DNA from: Phycisphaerae bacterium
Lineage (GTDB): Bacteria > Planctomycetota > Phycisphaerae > Sedimentisphaerales > UBA12454
Direction: 5' to 3'
Assembly: GCA_041661665.1 (NCBI GenBank)
Contig: JBAZTW010000006.1
Coordinates: 3,711 to 67,710, forward strand
Length of the DNA: 64,000 nt
The notes beneath the pieces were generated by a model. That model saw only the letters and a list, made by a program, of their open reading frames with translations. It ran no database searches and was not told the DNA's origin. The translations under genes and the position numbers were made by a program. Shown here one piece after another: positions 9,545-18,383 of this stretch; position 1 is the stretch's first letter; every line of letters starts with the position of its first letter.

Positions 9545-10537
9545 TTATTTTCCCGCAAGCTGTATGACCATAGTCTCGATTGCGGTTTGAGCGGTTGCCC
9601 GGCCTGTTTTCATCTGATAATCAATCTCTGCAAGATGCCTAAGGCAGCGGCCTATTTTTTCAATAGGCATTTTTTTCAGCGTATTGAAAAAATCCCTGCT
9701 GTTCCAGTTCTTTATATTAAGTTTTCTGGCGGTCTCATCGGGCGATACGCCATTTTTGAGCATCGCCGATGCGCTGAACATTCTCCTGAAATGCCAGGCA
9801 AAAGCGCCGATTACCGTATATTCAGCGTCCTTGTCGGAGCTGAACATCAGCCGCAGTTTTTCAATTGCCCCCGCCAGATTTCCAGCGGTCATAGCGTTAA
9901 TAACCTCAAAGACATCGAATACGCGATTTTTCCCTACGACGGCGGCAATGTCTTTTTCGGTTATGGTTTTCGCCGAATCGGTATACGCGGCAAGTTTATC
10001 AATCTCACTGCTCAAAATGCCCGGTTCTTCGCCTGCAAATTCAATGAGCATATACGCGGCATTGGCAGGCAGGGTTTTACTGTGCTGGTTTCTGGCATAA
10101 TCGCAAAGGTATGAAACAAGAGCTTTGGATTTAAGCTCGGCAACTTCAATCAGTTTGCCGGTGGAAGGAAGGATTTTCGCAAGTCTGGTGTTTGATTTCC
10201 AGCTTCGGACATCCAGAACGAGTACGCCTGTCGAAGCGGGCTTTTCAAAATATTTTTCCAGCAGTTCTCTGTTTTCCGAGACAAACTTATCCGCATCGTT
10301 CAGGACAACGACTCGCCTTTCGGCAAGAAACGGCAGAGTTCGCAGCTCATCAAAAACATCAGCGGCGGTGATTTTGTCCGCCTCGGTCTGCAAAAGACAC
10401 ATCTGCATTTGTTCAGGCTCAAGAAGCGAGCCAATCAGGGCGTTTAATTGTCCGCAGGCAAGAAACTCGTCTTTACCTGCAATTACATAAATGGGTTTTA
10501 TGCCATCTGTTTTTTTGTCAGCGATGCTTTTTGCCAC
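9545..10537 (-). CDS. holA: DNA polymerase III delta subunit
   Basis: 330 aa. The N-terminal PIYVIAGKDEFL and overall length and helical C-terminal pattern are typical of HolA. Confidence 0.8.
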   Translation of the reverse strand: MAKSIADKKTDGIKPIYVIAGKDEFLACGQLNALIGSLLEPEQMQMCLLQTEADKITAADVFDELRTLPFLAERRVVVLNDADKFVSENRELLEKYFEKPASTGVLVLDVRSWKSNTRLAKILPSTGKLIEVAELKSKALVSYLCDYARNQHSKTLPANAAYMLIEFAGEEPGILSSEIDKLAAYTDSAKTITEKDIAAVVGKNRVFDVFEVINAMTAGNLAGAIEKLRLMFSSDKDAEYTVIGAFAWHFRRMFSASAMLKNGVSPDETARKLNIKNWNSRDFFNTLKKMPIEKIGRCLRHLAEIDYQMKTGRATAQTAIETMVIQLAGK

Positions 10538-10570
10538 GAAAACTTATATCTCCTGATTTATTTGACTTAT

Positions 10571-11089
10571 TTATAAGCTCTGCCTGCTGCGGGTCATTGA
10601 GATTGCTGACAGTGCGAGAATTTCCTTAGCTACAATGTCAGCGATAATCATTTGCTGCGGAGATGCGGGCGATGCTCCAGCAGTGTGGACTGTGCGGGTT
10701 GGAAAAACAGCAGGGGCAGGCTGTGCTTTAATCGGCACAGGCTGGAATTTTATTTCCTGTTTATCTGTCTGCGGAGAAATGTTTTCTTTGCCGGGCGATT
10801 TTCTTTTTAACGCGGCGATTTTTCTCTGCTGAGCCAGTATTTGCACACCTAAATCGAGCGAAGGCATATCCTGCGCTTTGTCCGCTTTGTCCGCTTTGCT
10901 GATTTTCTCGACCATATTGCTTACAAATTCGCTTTTTGCCGGCGGTTTTTTCAGAATATCGCCAAAGCTCGGCATAGAATCAGAAATTTCAAGAGGATTT
11001 TGCTGTTTGCGTATCGAGTTAAGCAAATCCTGCCTGCACTTGTCAATGTCCTGCTCAGTCTTATTGTCGCGATTTTCATCTTTTTCCAT
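10571..11089 (-). CDS. Hypothetical protein, low-complexity/disordered
   Basis: The track ORF is 10571-11149. ATG 11089 (MEKDENRDNK) sits 9 nt after a GAGG. No recognisable domain. Confidence 0.45.
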   Translation of the reverse strand: MEKDENRDNKTEQDIDKCRQDLLNSIRKQQNPLEISDSMPSFGDILKKPPAKSEFVSNMVEKISKADKADKAQDMPSLDLGVQILAQQRKIAALKRKSPGKENISPQTDKQEIKFQPVPIKAQPAPAVFPTRTVHTAGASPASPQQMIIADIVAKEILALSAISMTRSRQSL

Positions 11090-11200
11090 AGGTACAACCT
11101 CACCGTAAATTATAACACCGATGACGTGTTTGGCAAGAAAAAAGAACACTCAAGCTTAGGGGTTTTCCTGTAATGACAGACGCAGCAAATCTTTATGCCG

Positions 11201-11724
11201 CTAAAAACAGGTATTTACCGCCTCCGTCAGGCCTGCTTTCAAACGATACAAAATAAATTCCGGCTTATCCGGCAGCGGCTGTCTAAGGTAAACTAATCTA
11301 TCGCAGATACTCGTCGCTGTTTCAACAAGCCAGCCCAAATATATCATCGCCATCACAGCCATCAAAACCAATCTGCAAATCGCATTCCATCTAAACGTTC
11401 GTATTTTTTCAAGGTTCACCTGATTCTTTAAGAAACGAATTGCTTCTTCACATTCCCACCTGCGTATATAGAAACGCAGTACTTTTTCGGCATCATCAAA
11501 ATTCTCCACAGCCAAATTTGTCAGTAGCGTCATCGGTTTATCATTGCCGGCAAGCCTGTAAACAACCATTGTCAATTCTTCCTATCGTTCGTGCAGACGA
11601 ACTTTTGTCCAGCCTGTCTGTGTTATACGAATTGTCGGTTTGCCGCGACGTTTGACAAGTTTATGAAAACGATGCGGCGTTGGAATCGCCACAAACGTGC
11701 CCCTGTTCGCAGCAGAACACGTTT
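11201..11724 (-). pseudogene. IS4-family DDE transposase remnant (C-terminal third, interrupted by an in-frame stop)
   Basis: ORF 11201-11575 contains the exact Y-(2)-R-(3)-E-(6)-K signature (YIRRWECEEAIRFLK) of IS4-type transposases. The same frame continues upstream as TCSAANRGTFVAIPTPHRFHKLVKRRGKPTIRITQTGWTKVRLHER-TAG-EELTMVVYRLAG, up to the lspA stop codon. No N-terminal part and no terminal inverted repeats were seen. Confidence 0.65.
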
Positions 11725-12288
11725 TTACATAGGGTCCGGAGTGGATGGTGATTCGTGTTTTGCGCCGAAAATTGTCGCCAGAATTAAAATCCCCACAGCA
11801 ACCGTGAGCATTGAATCAGCTATATTGAACGCGGGGAAATGCCAGTCGCCATAATAGAAATCGAGAAAATCACGTACCCTGCCGGCGTTGAAAATCCTGT
11901 CGTATAAATTCCCGCAGATGCCCGCCTCAAAAAAAGCCATCGCCAAAACCGATAACAACTGCGGCTTTCGATTAAACAAAAAAATCCCGACAACGACAAC
12001 CATCGCCGCTGCCGAAATTATTATCAGCGGAAGAGTTCTGCCCGCAGCTATGCCCCAGGCGGCGCCGCGATTTTCGACAAGCACAAACTGAAAAAAACCG
12101 TCGATTACGCTGTAATGCTGTAAAGGCAGAGAATTGAGCCATTCAAAAACCGCTGATTTGCTCCACAAGTCCGCGATAATCCCGCTGACCGCCACCGGCC
12201 AGAACAAAAAATGAGCGGCAGACAGGCTTATTTGTTTATTGAAAAAACTTTTCAACGGACATTTGCAATTTTCGCCCTCTGCCGACAA
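11725..12288 (-). CDS. lspA: Lipoprotein signal peptidase (signal peptidase II)
   Basis: 187 aa with four hydrophobic helices. The VENRGAAWGI and FNIADS motifs are typical of LspA. TTG start in the track. Confidence 0.85.
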   Translation of the reverse strand: MSAEGENCKCPLKSFFNKQISLSAAHFLFWPVAVSGIIADLWSKSAVFEWLNSLPLQHYSVIDGFFQFVLVENRGAAWGIAAGRTLPLIIISAAAMVVVVGIFLFNRKPQLLSVLAMAFFEAGICGNLYDRIFNAGRVRDFLDFYYGDWHFPAFNIADSMLTVAVGILILATIFGAKHESPSTPDPM

Positions 12289-12297
12289 ATCAACCCC

Positions 12298-13314
12298 CTA
12301 ATTGGCGTACTTTCTATAAAGCTTCAGGAGTTTATCCTGAGTCGGATTCAAATCCAGCGACTTGCTCCAGCTTTCGAGAGCTTTCTTGCGAAACTCCACT
12401 GCCTGCGGGTCGTCCAGACTGCTGAACATTCTATACTTCATCATATATGCGACGCCAAGCCCTTTATGCGACCGCCAGTCGTTGGGAGTCAATTGAACGG
12501 CTTTCTGATATTTCTCGATAGCCTGGTCGATTTCGCGAAGTTTCAGGCAGGTAAAGCCAAAATGGCGCAGGGTATCAGCGTTATTCGGTTCTGCTGCAAT
12601 CAAATTGTTCAGCGTTGTTTTCGCGTCCTCATACCGCTCGGTTCGCAGATAGCAAAGAACCAAATTCTGCATCGTCGAAACATCTGTGCCCTTAAGCTCC
12701 AGCACGCGCTTGCAGGAGTCTATCGCCAGTTCGTTATCCTGCATAGCGGTATAAATATCGCCAAGCAATTTTTCTATTTCGCTGTTAGTCGGAGCGATGT
12801 CCCTTGCCGCTTTGCCGTATTCGAGGGCTTTTTCGTAGTCCTGCACATTGTAATAGGCATCTGCTGCGCCGAACCGGGCATCAACGCTTTGTGGGTCAAG
12901 CTCGCTGGCCTTTGCATAAGCGCCGGCAGCTGATGTATAATTATTCATCAGCCGATATACCTTGCCCAAATCGCGAAAATCCTCGTAAGACCACTGATTA
13001 AGCGTTGTTGCTTTTTCGTAAGCCTGCACGCTCTTCGTAAGGTCGTTTTGTTTCAGATAGATTCCGCCCAAAAGAGAATACGCAAGCGCAAATTCGGGAT
13101 TGACATCCACTGCCTTCTGGAGTTTTGCGATTGCCTCTTCCTGCTTATTCGACTCGTCGAGTATTACCGCGTCAACATAAAGGTTGACCGAATCATCCTT
13201 TTTTACCTTTACGGATTTTTGTGCTTTTACCGACTCGTTACAGCCCGAAACTGATGTTAGCGCTATAACGACAACGATTAACCTCAAAATCAGCGACCTG
13301 ATTCTCTGGGACAT
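12298..13314 (-). CDS. TPR-repeat lipoprotein
   Basis: Signal peptide with the lipobox LTSVSG-C, followed by at least seven TPR-like 34-residue repeats (A..Y..A pattern). Confidence 0.8.
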   Translation of the reverse strand: MSQRIRSLILRLIVVVIALTSVSGCNESVKAQKSVKVKKDDSVNLYVDAVILDESNKQEEAIAKLQKAVDVNPEFALAYSLLGGIYLKQNDLTKSVQAYEKATTLNQWSYEDFRDLGKVYRLMNNYTSAAGAYAKASELDPQSVDARFGAADAYYNVQDYEKALEYGKAARDIAPTNSEIEKLLGDIYTAMQDNELAIDSCKRVLELKGTDVSTMQNLVLCYLRTERYEDAKTTLNNLIAAEPNNADTLRHFGFTCLKLREIDQAIEKYQKAVQLTPNDWRSHKGLGVAYMMKYRMFSSLDDPQAVEFRKKALESWSKSLDLNPTQDKLLKLYRKYAN

Positions 13315-13419
13315 AACTCAATCCTTTCCTGTCAAAATAAACCCTGTTCTGGAAAATTATACCAAACTAAAATCCGCTGTCAAAAGGTTTTAGGTGAATT
13401 TGCTTAATCAAACTAATCC

Positions 13420-13448
13420 TTGCAAAACGCCCGTTTTGGGGATATAAA
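13420..13448 (+). promoter_or_regulatory. Candidate promoter of proS
   Basis: TTGCAA (13420-13425), a 17-nt spacer, then TATAAA (13443-13448). AGGAAG lies 6 nt before ATG 13475. Confidence 0.4.
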
Positions 13449-13474
13449 AAGGCAAAATTTATTAGGAAGACAAA

Positions 13475-15199
13475 ATGCGATACAGTAAAGCTCTCATACC
13501 GACAGTCAAAGAAGTGCCCGCTGATGCGGAAATTCCAAGCCATCAACTAATGCTTCGCGCTGGGATTATGCGAAAAATCGCAAGCGGAACTTACGCCTAT
13601 CTGCCAATCGGCTGGCGGGTGCTGAAAAAGGTTATCAATATCGTTCGTGATGAAATGGACAAGGCCGGCGCACAGGAAATCCTTATGCCCGCAGTTCAGC
13701 CGATGGAACTTTGGCAGCAGACAGGCAGAAACGTCGATTACGGCCTGACAATGGCACATTTTACCGACCGCCACGGCAGAGAAAACGTACTTGCCCCAAC
13801 TGCTGAAGAGGTCGTAACTTACATCGCGGCAAACGAAATAAATTCATACAAACAAATGCCCGTAAATCTTTACCAAATCAGCTTTAAGTTCAGGGACGAA
13901 TTCAGACCCCGATTCGGCGTGCTGCGAAGCCGTGAATTCATTATGAAAGATTCTTACAGCTTCCATACCGATAACGAAAGCCTCAGCGATACTTATAAAG
14001 TGATGTACGATACTTATTGTAAAATCTTTGCCCGCTGTGGGTTAAGGTATGTAATCGTCGAAGCCGAATCTGGTGAAATGGGCGGCAGCGGCTCGCATCA
14101 ATTCACGATTCCCTGCGACAACGGCGAGGATGTAATCGTTTATACAGAAGACAGCAGTTATGCCGCAAATATTGAAAAAGCAGCGGTCGATGCGCTGCCG
14201 GTAGTTGCGAAAACCAAAAACTGCCCCGCTATTGAGGAAATCCACACGCCAAATCAAAAAACTATTACTGAAATCAGCGCGTTTTTGAAGGAAAACGCAC
14301 AAAATTTCATCAAAACTTTGGTCTATAAATCAGGTGCGGATTTAGTTTTGGCTTTGGTCAGAGGCGATTTTGAAATCAATCCGGAAAAGCTCCGCTGCGC
14401 CGCTGGCGGAACAATCGAGCTTGCTGATGAAGCCGCAATTAAAAATTTAACTGGCGCGGAGGTCGGTTTCGCCGGACCTGTCGGACTGGCAGGCAAGGTC
14501 GGCAAAATTATTATCGACCATTCGGTTTTGACAATCGAAGCGGGAATAACCGGAGCGAATAAAACTGATTATCATATTAAAAATGTTTTGCCGGGACGGG
14601 ATTTTCCAATCGAAGGCAATAATGTAATCATCGCTGATGTGAGAAACGCAGTTGAGGGCGATACATACAAAGGCAAAAAACTGCTGTTCAAACGCGGCAT
14701 CGAAGTCGGACAGGTTTTCAAGCTCGGCACAAAATACAGCGCAAAACTAAACGCAAAATTCTTAGACAAAGACAGCACCGAAAAGCCCTGCGTAATGGGC
14801 TGCTACGGAATAGGCATAAATCGTATCGTCGCTTCAGCAATTGAAACGCTCTATGATAAAGACGGCATAGTTTGGCCGATTAACATCGCTCCGTTTGAGG
14901 TTATCATTGTGCCTGCCGGTGCGGGTGATGAAATCACAGCGGCGGCGGAAAAAATTTACGCTGATTTGACTGCGGCAGGCGTTGAAGTTCTCTTAGACGA
15001 TAGAGATGCACGCGGCGGCGTAAAATTCAAGGACGCTGACCTTATCGGCATTCCGATTCGCATTACTATCGGCGCAAAATCGCTTGCTGAAAATTGTGCC
15101 GAAGTTAAACTCCGCAGAGAAAGCGAAATCAATAAAATCCCAATGGCTGATGTAAAAGCAAAGATTCTGCAAACTATCGAAAAGCTTAAGAATGAATAA
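13475..15199 (+). CDS. proS: Proline--tRNA ligase (bacterial type with editing insertion)
   Basis: 574 aa. MRYSKALIPTVKEVPADAEIPSHQLMLRAG, class II motifs, an internal INS-like domain and a C-terminal anticodon-binding domain. Confidence 0.97.
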   Translation: MRYSKALIPTVKEVPADAEIPSHQLMLRAGIMRKIASGTYAYLPIGWRVLKKVINIVRDEMDKAGAQEILMPAVQPMELWQQTGRNVDYGLTMAHFTDRHGRENVLAPTAEEVVTYIAANEINSYKQMPVNLYQISFKFRDEFRPRFGVLRSREFIMKDSYSFHTDNESLSDTYKVMYDTYCKIFARCGLRYVIVEAESGEMGGSGSHQFTIPCDNGEDVIVYTEDSSYAANIEKAAVDALPVVAKTKNCPAIEEIHTPNQKTITEISAFLKENAQNFIKTLVYKSGADLVLALVRGDFEINPEKLRCAAGGTIELADEAAIKNLTGAEVGFAGPVGLAGKVGKIIIDHSVLTIEAGITGANKTDYHIKNVLPGRDFPIEGNNVIIADVRNAVEGDTYKGKKLLFKRGIEVGQVFKLGTKYSAKLNAKFLDKDSTEKPCVMGCYGIGINRIVASAIETLYDKDGIVWPINIAPFEVIIVPAGAGDEITAAAEKIYADLTAAGVEVLLDDRDARGGVKFKDADLIGIPIRITIGAKSLAENCAEVKLRRESEINKIPMADVKAKILQTIEKLKNE

Positions 15200-15349
15200 T
15201 GAGCCACAAAGGCACAGAGACACAAAGACGAAAAGATATTAGCCACCCCTTCGACAAGCTCAGGGCAGGCAGAGAACACCCGCGCACTAAATCACGGCAG
15301 CGGCCTATTTGGTGCGGGGCAAGCAGAGGACACAGAGAAAAATAAATAT

Positions 15350-15532
15350 ATGAACGCAGAACAGAGAGCCCCGGGCTGGCAGATACGATGCACCAAATGC
15401 GGCTTTACCGAGCCGTGGGGTAAGTATGGAATTTGTCTGGCCGGCTGGTCGTGGAAAAAATTTACAATCGGCTGGTGTTCTAAATGCCGATGGCTGCGTT
15501 GGCACAGCATTGAAAAACGGAAAAAAGAATAA
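15350..15532 (+). CDS. Small Trp-rich zinc-ribbon-like protein (hypothetical)
   Basis: 60 aa with two CxxC pairs (CTKCG and CSKCR), 7 Trp residues and a basic tail (EKRKKE). No clear SD. Its ATG directly follows a CACAGAG-family repeat copy. Confidence 0.4.
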   Translation: MNAEQRAPGWQIRCTKCGFTEPWGKYGICLAGWSWKKFTIGWCSKCRWLRWHSIEKRKKE

Positions 15533-15577
15533 CAGCAATTCAGTTATCAGTAAAAAAGTTTTGAAAACCGTCAAAAT

Positions 15578-15695
15578 TGTCATTTCGAGCGAAGTCGAGA
15601 AATCTGTTTTAAAATTTCATCGGCGACAGCCGATTCCACGACTCGACTGAGCTCGTCGAAGTCAGTTTTTCACTTTTCACTTTTAATTTTTCACT
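15578..15695. repeat. Composite intergenic repeat: GTCATT module, ATCGGC/GCCGAT-TCC hairpin, TTTTCAC tandem words
   Basis: tgtcatttcgagcgaagtcgagaaatc (15578-15604). Hairpin atcggc-gaca-gccgat + tcc (15619-15637). ttttcacttttcacttttaatttttcac (15666-15695) contains the TGA stop (15691-15693, minus strand) of the adjacent gene. Confidence 0.7.
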
Positions 15696-17277
15696 TAGTT
15701 TTCACCGGCCAGAAAACCGTATCGCCTTTATCTTTCCATTTCCCAAAGGTATCATCGCCGCTGTCATCTTTAAAATTATTGCTAAAGCTGTATAAAGTAA
15801 AGCTGTCCCCGATTTTTTTATAAGTCATTTCTCCATTTTTATACGCATCAAAAGGTATTCTTTTTATAAATCCCTTATTCAGTAATTCTTCAAGACTATC
15901 AGGGTATTTGCCGGTTTGTTTGTGATAGCGAACAATCGCAATTGTGGTGATTTGACCATCTCGCTCTGTTTTTAATCGCCATGTGAGTTCTATTAATTTT
16001 TTGTTTGCAAGAGAAACCTGGGTTGCTAACAGGAATGGATTTTTTTCACTATGCTCCAGAGGTTTATCCAGAGGTTCATTTTTTAGCTCAAAAAGTGTCT
16101 TTGAAAATCTTTGTTCACTAAGTTCATAGAGAGATTCTATTTTTTCGATGGTTTGCTGTCTGTCAGGAAATCCGGTAATGAAAAAATCTTTTACTAATTC
16201 TTGCCAATTGTCAAAAGCTATTGGTATGCCTTTTTTCAGAATACGGCCATTGCCATGACCATCATCAGTAAAAGATTGCTGAATATAATCATACATAAAA
16301 GCTTTTTCACTATCTAATGTTATCACGGGATTATTAACATATTGCTCAAGCTGGATTTGAATTTCTCTAAGTTTTTCTTCAGGCCATTGAACTGCATTCC
16401 TATTTTCAAAAATACTCCCAATCCCCATCGCTTCTATTGAAATTCCAACAAGCTGTTCAACAAGTGTGCCCTGCCCATGCATCTGCTGACCCAATTTTAT
16501 CAGGGCAATTACCCCGGCAGTTGCAGAGTTAAAATCATTATTATAAATATCATATTTTACCTTCCACCATATATTCTGTGCGATTCTTCTAAAACCGCCC
16601 AAATGTTTCATCATAGGCTCTAATACTGCCAGCATATTTGGTTCATTGGTATCATAAATATTCCAATAGGCGGGTTTGGCCGAGCCTTGACGTAATGCTT
16701 CAAAAGAATCTTTGTTTTTATCATACCATATTTTAAATTCGCCAAGCTGCTGTTCGTTAAAATCTCCCGGCCAGTGAGTTTTTATTTCCTGAAGCCATTT
16801 AGGCTGTTCGACAAAAGTGCTTATGGCTTTATCGTAAAATGGTTTGGCGTTCAGCGATTCATCCCGGCCAGCCCTGACTTTTTCGTTAAGCCATTCAGCA
16901 TAGTTTACACTTATTGTCGGGCTGCCGATATACATAGGCAAAGAACGAATTATAATAAATAAAATAATGATACCGATGATTTGGGCTGTTACGATTAAAG
17001 CTTTAACCCACATCGGCCTGCACCGTTTTTTTGCTCTGCGGGCAAGGTTAGCAATTAATTTCGCATCGCCAAAATTTTCGATTAATTCTTTGGCTTTTTT
17101 TTCTTTTTCTTCGTTTGTTTTACAGTCTCTAATCGCATCTTCAAAATGTCCGATGAGTTCGGCCTGCACATCGGCACGAACACTTTTTCGCCATTTCATT
17201 TTTTTGACGACAAGTTTGATATATTCAACCGCACAGGCAGGCAGATTAAAATCGGAAAATTCTTTGTTCTTTTCCAT
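15691..17277 (-). CDS. PadR-linked membrane protein (cytoplasmic helical N-domain, one TM, large extracytoplasmic domain)
   Basis: 528 aa. The N-terminal roughly 90 aa resemble the domain commonly encoded next to PadR regulators. They are followed by a TM (ALIVTAQIIGIIILFIII) and a roughly 420-aa domain of unknown function. The gene lies 39 nt downstream of padR on the same strand. Confidence 0.7.
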   Translation of the reverse strand: MEKNKEFSDFNLPACAVEYIKLVVKKMKWRKSVRADVQAELIGHFEDAIRDCKTNEEKEKKAKELIENFGDAKLIANLARRAKKRCRPMWVKALIVTAQIIGIIILFIIIRSLPMYIGSPTISVNYAEWLNEKVRAGRDESLNAKPFYDKAISTFVEQPKWLQEIKTHWPGDFNEQQLGEFKIWYDKNKDSFEALRQGSAKPAYWNIYDTNEPNMLAVLEPMMKHLGGFRRIAQNIWWKVKYDIYNNDFNSATAGVIALIKLGQQMHGQGTLVEQLVGISIEAMGIGSIFENRNAVQWPEEKLREIQIQLEQYVNNPVITLDSEKAFMYDYIQQSFTDDGHGNGRILKKGIPIAFDNWQELVKDFFITGFPDRQQTIEKIESLYELSEQRFSKTLFELKNEPLDKPLEHSEKNPFLLATQVSLANKKLIELTWRLKTERDGQITTIAIVRYHKQTGKYPDSLEELLNKGFIKRIPFDAYKNGEMTYKKIGDSFTLYSFSNNFKDDSGDDTFGKWKDKGDTVFWPVKTK

Positions 17278-17316
17278 ATTTACTCCTTTGTGTCTTTGTG
17301 CCTTCGTGGCAATTCA

Positions 17317-17658
17317 TTAAACGCCGGAGAAGCTTGTACCGAATACCAATTTCAGGCTTTTGAATAAATCGGCAAGCTGGCTTTTGTCGGTTTCGAGCCT
17401 TTCTTTGCCTTTTGATGTGATGGAATAGTAGCGTCGTTTCCTGCCGGACTCGGCTGTTTCCCATTCACCTTTAATCAGTTTCTGGGCTTCGAGGTTGTAA
17501 AGCAGCGGGTAGAGCGTTCCCTGACCGAGGGTGAGGATTTTCTGGCTTTTGGTCTCGATGGCTTCGCTCAGCTCGTAGCCATACATTCTGCCCCGCGACA
17601 TAATTTCAAGAACTACTACGGGGGCAACGCCTTTTAAAAGTTCACGTTCAAATTTCAT
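17317..17658 (-). CDS. PadR family transcriptional regulator
   Basis: 113 aa winged-helix protein with MYGYELSEAIE and GTLYPLLYNLEAQKLIKGEWE, as in PadR. Confidence 0.85.
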   Translation of the reverse strand: MKFERELLKGVAPVVVLEIMSRGRMYGYELSEAIETKSQKILTLGQGTLYPLLYNLEAQKLIKGEWETAESGRKRRYYSITSKGKERLETDKSQLADLFKSLKLVFGTSFSGV

Positions 17659-17782
17659 AATTAAGCTCCTAATGTTTATTGCAAGTAATCAATAGCCAAT
17701 AGAAAACTGGATTCCCGCCTTGGTTCGATTTAACTCACCACAGGTCGCGGGAATGACAGTATGGCATTCATATATTACCTTG

Positions 17783-17805
17783 CATATTATGTATTACATA
17801 GTATG
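17783..17805. promoter_or_regulatory. Palindromic candidate PadR operator
   Basis: catat-TATGTA-t-TACATA-gtatg. The core 6+1+6 is perfect and contains ATGT/ACAT half-sites. It lies about 125 nt upstream of the padR start. Confidence 0.35.
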
Positions 17806-18259
17806 TGGTGTCAAGCATAATTTTAAAAAAATAAAAAATATTTTCGTGGGGAGTTTTTGCGCATAAAAAAACCGGCATAAAACCGGTTAAAACTATATTA
17901 TCAACTGCGCTTCTTCACCGGGCGCAACTTGTTATCAGCAAAGTGCGATATAACTGGCTATCGCAAGTATGAGTATCCGTTTCTTGTTAAACGTGAACGG
18001 CGTCCATATTTCATAATAAAAACTTCTAATAGCTGCCAATTTCCTGCTCCGTATTTATTTCTATTAAATCAACTGCTTCCTGTTACAAGGCTGATTGTAG
18101 CAAATAAAATGGCAAAATGCAAAAAAACATAGTAAAATTTTTATAACATATTGTAATAAAAGGAGTTATATAAAATAATTTTATATTTACCGCAGTATTC
18201 AAAATGCTTTATCAGTGTTGATAACGCATATTCTTTGGGGAAAAACGCTCAAGCGGGAA

Positions 18260-18331
18260 AGCCAATGATCGGATTCGAACCGATAACCTCCGGTTTACAA
18301 AACCGGAGCTCTACCGTTGAGCTACATTGGC
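18260..18331 (-). tRNA. tRNA-Thr (anticodon UGU)
   Basis: The reverse strand folds as a cloverleaf: GCCAATG TA GCTC AACGGTA GAGC T CCGGT TTTGTAA ACCGG AGGTT ATCGG TTCGAAT CCGAT CATTGGC T. The acceptor stem is 7 bp, the anticodon is TGT, the T-loop is TTCGAAT, and CCA is not encoded. Confidence 0.9.
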
Positions 18332-18342
18332 ATAGAAAAGTA

Positions 18343-18371
18343 AGTATAATAGGTAAGGACTGCTTTTTCAA
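18343..18371 (-). promoter_or_regulatory. Candidate promoter of tRNA-Thr
   Basis: On the minus strand, TTGAAA (18371-18366), a 17-nt spacer, then TATACT (18348-18343), about 11 nt before the mature tRNA 5' end. Confidence 0.4.
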
Positions 18372-18383
18372 GGAAAAACACCC

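Noticed and set aside
9518-13001. Long antisense ORFs 9518-10114 (198 aa), 9684-10100, 10125-10490, 12211-12933 (240 aa)
   Set aside because: Each is fully contained in the opposite strand of a well-supported gene (holA or the TPR lipoprotein). They show no SD and no motifs.
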